64,000 nucleotides of DNA. It comes from a virus. The position numbers and the translations under genes are program-made. Numbering within the stretch: the first letter of the stretch is position 1; each line of letters begins with the position of its first letter. Under the pieces are notes generated by a model. The model searched no databases. It was not told the DNA's origin and saw only the letters and a list, made by a program, of their open reading frames with translations. Below, piece after piece: positions 61,685-64,000 of this stretch. Location: IMG/VR virus record IMGVR_UViG_3300032241_002679, positions 1 to 64,000 of that record, one strand, 5' to 3'.

Positions 61685-62047
61685 ATGGATACTAGACCTA
61701 AAACAATTTTTCTTGATATTGATGGGACATTAGTTGAACATTCTGAAAATATTTCAAAACAATACGTACATACTCCAAAATTATTAAACGGGACACTTGA
61801 AAAATTAGCGGAATGGGATAAAAAAGGTTATAATATTATTCTAACCACTGGAAGAAAAGAAAGTGGTAGAGCCGCAACAGAAAAACAATTATTAGAGTTA
61901 GGAATATTTTATGATCAGTTAATTATGGGAATTGGTGGTGGTATTAGAGTCCTAATTAACGATAGAAAAAAAAATAAAACATATGATACAGCAGTATCAA
62001 TAAACCTTGACAGAAATGAGGGTATTAGTTCAATTAAAGATTTATGA
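61685..62047 (+). CDS. Small HAD-family phosphatase
   Basis: FLDIDGTL, LTTGR, LIND. Confidence 0.8.
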   Translation: MDTRPKTIFLDIDGTLVEHSENISKQYVHTPKLLNGTLEKLAEWDKKGYNIILTTGRKESGRAATEKQLLELGIFYDQLIMGIGGGIRVLINDRKKNKTYDTAVSINLDRNEGISSIKDL

Positions 62048-62394
62048 AAGAAGTAATAAAAATAGATAAGCCATGGGGTTTTGAAAGATGGATTGAAGTT
62101 AATGATAATTATGTGGTTAAAGAATTATTCATGAAAGCTGGTAACAGCTGTAGCTTACAATATCATGAAAAAAAACATGAAACTTTTTATGTAATTAAGG
62201 GTCAGTTAAAATTTTATGTTGGCTTGACTAAAGATTTATTGACTGAAATGATCCTTAAAGAGGGTGAACACTATACAATAGAACCATTTGTCATTCATAG
62301 AATGGAAGCAATGATAGATAGTCTATATTTAGAAAGTTCGACCAATTTTTTATATGATGTAATTAGAATAGAAGATAAATATGGAAGAGTATAA
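62044..62394 (+). CDS. Cupin (mannose-6-phosphate-isomerase-like)
   Basis: KPWG, SLQYHEKKHET, HRM. Confidence 0.8.
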   Translation: MKEVIKIDKPWGFERWIEVNDNYVVKELFMKAGNSCSLQYHEKKHETFYVIKGQLKFYVGLTKDLLTEMILKEGEHYTIEPFVIHRMEAMIDSLYLESSTNFLYDVIRIEDKYGRV

Positions 62395-63955
62395 AGTTTT
62401 AATAACAACCAGTGGTATTGGTACTAGATTAGGTGATTTGACAAAATATACCAACAAAGCATTAGTTAGAGTTGGAAAGAAGCCAGCTATTTCATATATA
62501 GTTGAGCATTATCCTTTGGATGTTGAATTGGTTATTACCTTAGGTTATTTTGGAAATCAAATAAGAGATTTTTTAAGTTTAGCTTATCCAAATAGAAAAT
62601 TTAAATTTATTGAAGTTGATAAATATGATGGTGAGGGATCAAGCTTAGGATATTCTTTGTTAAAAGCTAAAAATGAATTACAATGTCCATTTATTTTTCA
62701 CGCTTCGGATACCATTATAGATAAAAAAGATTTAATAAAAAAACCCTTAGTTAATTGGTTGGGCGTTTGTTATAAAGAAAATACATCACAATATAGAACA
62801 GTATCATTCAATCACAATAATATGATTTATGATAAAGGGGATATGAATTCTAATTTTGTATATATAGGATTAGCTGGGATAAATGACTATCAAAAATTTT
62901 GGTCTGCTTTAGAAAAAGAATATATCAGTAATCCAAATAATTCTAGTCTTAGTGATTGCCATGCTATAAATAAAATGTTTATCAATAAATGGGAAACTTA
63001 CGAATATAATAATTGGTTAGATATAGGTAATGCCTCAGATTTAAAACATTCAAGAGAATTAATAAGTGATAAATTTGAATTATTAGATAAAGTAGACGAG
63101 TCAATTTTTATATTTGAAAATTTTGTTATTAAATTTTTTTATGATAAAACCATATGCTTAAATAGGGTTAAAAGAGCTAAAGAATTAGAAGGACTAGTGC
63201 CTAAAATAATAGGATTTACTGATAATTTCTATAAATATAAATTAGCCAAGGGGGAATTATTATCATCAATAATATCTGAACCCGTATTTCATAATTTTTT
63301 AAAATTTAGTAAAGAAAAATTATGGATTAAATATGATAACTCTGATGAATTTAAAAAAAAATGTAATGATTTTTATTTTACAAAAACATTAAAACGATTA
63401 GATATGTTTTATAAAGAACATAAAATTGTTGATAATGAATGTTTAATAAACAATATTAGTATACCGTCATTATTATCAATGATAAATAGTATAGATAAAG
63501 ATTGGTTATGCTCTAATCAAGAGTATCAGTTTCATGGTGATTATATATTAGATAATATTATATTAAATGAAAATAATGATTTTACATTATTAGACTGGAG
63601 ACAAGATTTTGCTGGTGATCTTAAAAATGGTGATATTTATTATGATTTGGCTAAATTAAATCATAACTTATTATTTAATCATGATATTGTAAACAAAGGA
63701 TTATTTTCAATTACTAAAGAAAATAATAATAATAATATGTCAATAATTAAATGTGATATATTAAGAAGTGATAAATTAACTAATTGTCGTGAAATATTAC
63801 ATGAATGGATTAAGGAAAATGAGTTGGATTTAAAAAAAGTCAAAGTATTAACCGCTATTATTTGGTTAAATATGTCACCACTTCATGATTATAAAATGGG
63901 TGAATTCTTATATTATTTTGGGCTTTTTAATCTTTACAAAGCGTTGAATAATTAA
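62381..63955 (+). CDS. Nucleotidyltransferase fused to a choline-kinase/APH-like phosphotransferase
   Basis: TTSGIGTRL...NKAL, WLDIG; HGDYILDNI, LLDWR, YDLAKL. Confidence 0.8.
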   Translation: MEEYKVLITTSGIGTRLGDLTKYTNKALVRVGKKPAISYIVEHYPLDVELVITLGYFGNQIRDFLSLAYPNRKFKFIEVDKYDGEGSSLGYSLLKAKNELQCPFIFHASDTIIDKKDLIKKPLVNWLGVCYKENTSQYRTVSFNHNNMIYDKGDMNSNFVYIGLAGINDYQKFWSALEKEYISNPNNSSLSDCHAINKMFINKWETYEYNNWLDIGNASDLKHSRELISDKFELLDKVDESIFIFENFVIKFFYDKTICLNRVKRAKELEGLVPKIIGFTDNFYKYKLAKGELLSSIISEPVFHNFLKFSKEKLWIKYDNSDEFKKKCNDFYFTKTLKRLDMFYKEHKIVDNECLINNISIPSLLSMINSIDKDWLCSNQEYQFHGDYILDNIILNENNDFTLLDWRQDFAGDLKNGDIYYDLAKLNHNLLFNHDIVNKGLFSITKENNNNNMSIIKCDILRSDKLTNCREILHEWIKENELDLKKVKVLTAIIWLNMSPLHDYKMGEFLYYFGLFNLYKALNN

Positions 63956-63967
63956 TATATTATTAAT

Positions 63968-64000
63968 ATGAAACAGACTAAAATATTTATAGGACCAATG
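63968..64000 (+). CDS. Start of the next gene (MKQTKIFIGPM), partial
   Basis: ATG 12 nt after the previous stop; too short to assign. Confidence 0.4.
   Translation, partial: MKQTKIFIGPM

Noticed and set aside
1-64000. Giant eukaryotic virus or bacterial chromosome origin
   Set aside because: Coupled operons, intrinsic terminators, T4-like neck/tail genes and bacterial promoters indicate a phage; no rRNA, tRNA or cellular housekeeping context was seen

Overview
AT-rich, gene-dense segment of a large (jumbo-type) tailed phage. It has T4-like neck/tail-completion genes and probably infects Bacteroidota (TAnnTTTG promoters, AT-rich leaders without Shine-Dalgarno). 1-16.8 kb and 25.7-37.8 kb (minus strand): virion/fibre genes built from shared modules (17-aa SNFxG repeats, ~80-aa TGGTYSNG modules, LamG, C1q-like, BppU-like), plus an ArdC/zincin gene. 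16.9-25.6 kb: SNF2 helicase with a mini-intein, glutaredoxin, neck protein, endonuclease and family-B DNA polymerase. 37.9-47.4 kb: small genes, a WYL protein, an intein-bearing glycosyltransferase, an HD-like protein, dUTPase and an IMPDH/GMP-reductase gene fractured into split-intein halves around a free-standing endonuclease. 47.4-64 kb: a large glycan-biosynthesis cluster. The most striking signal is at 41357-41450. Directly behind a free-standing endonuclease, the glycosyltransferase 5' end has an in-frame AGC-TGA-CTA-AGC (matched codons around a stop) preceded by a 17-bp stem-loop. This resembles a miniature version of the T4 mobA/gene 60 ribosomal-bypass cassette. A second endonuclease (15744-16772) duplicates the N-terminus of its downstream target gene, which needs a frameshift at a T11 run. 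All calls are from motif reading only; no searches were run.
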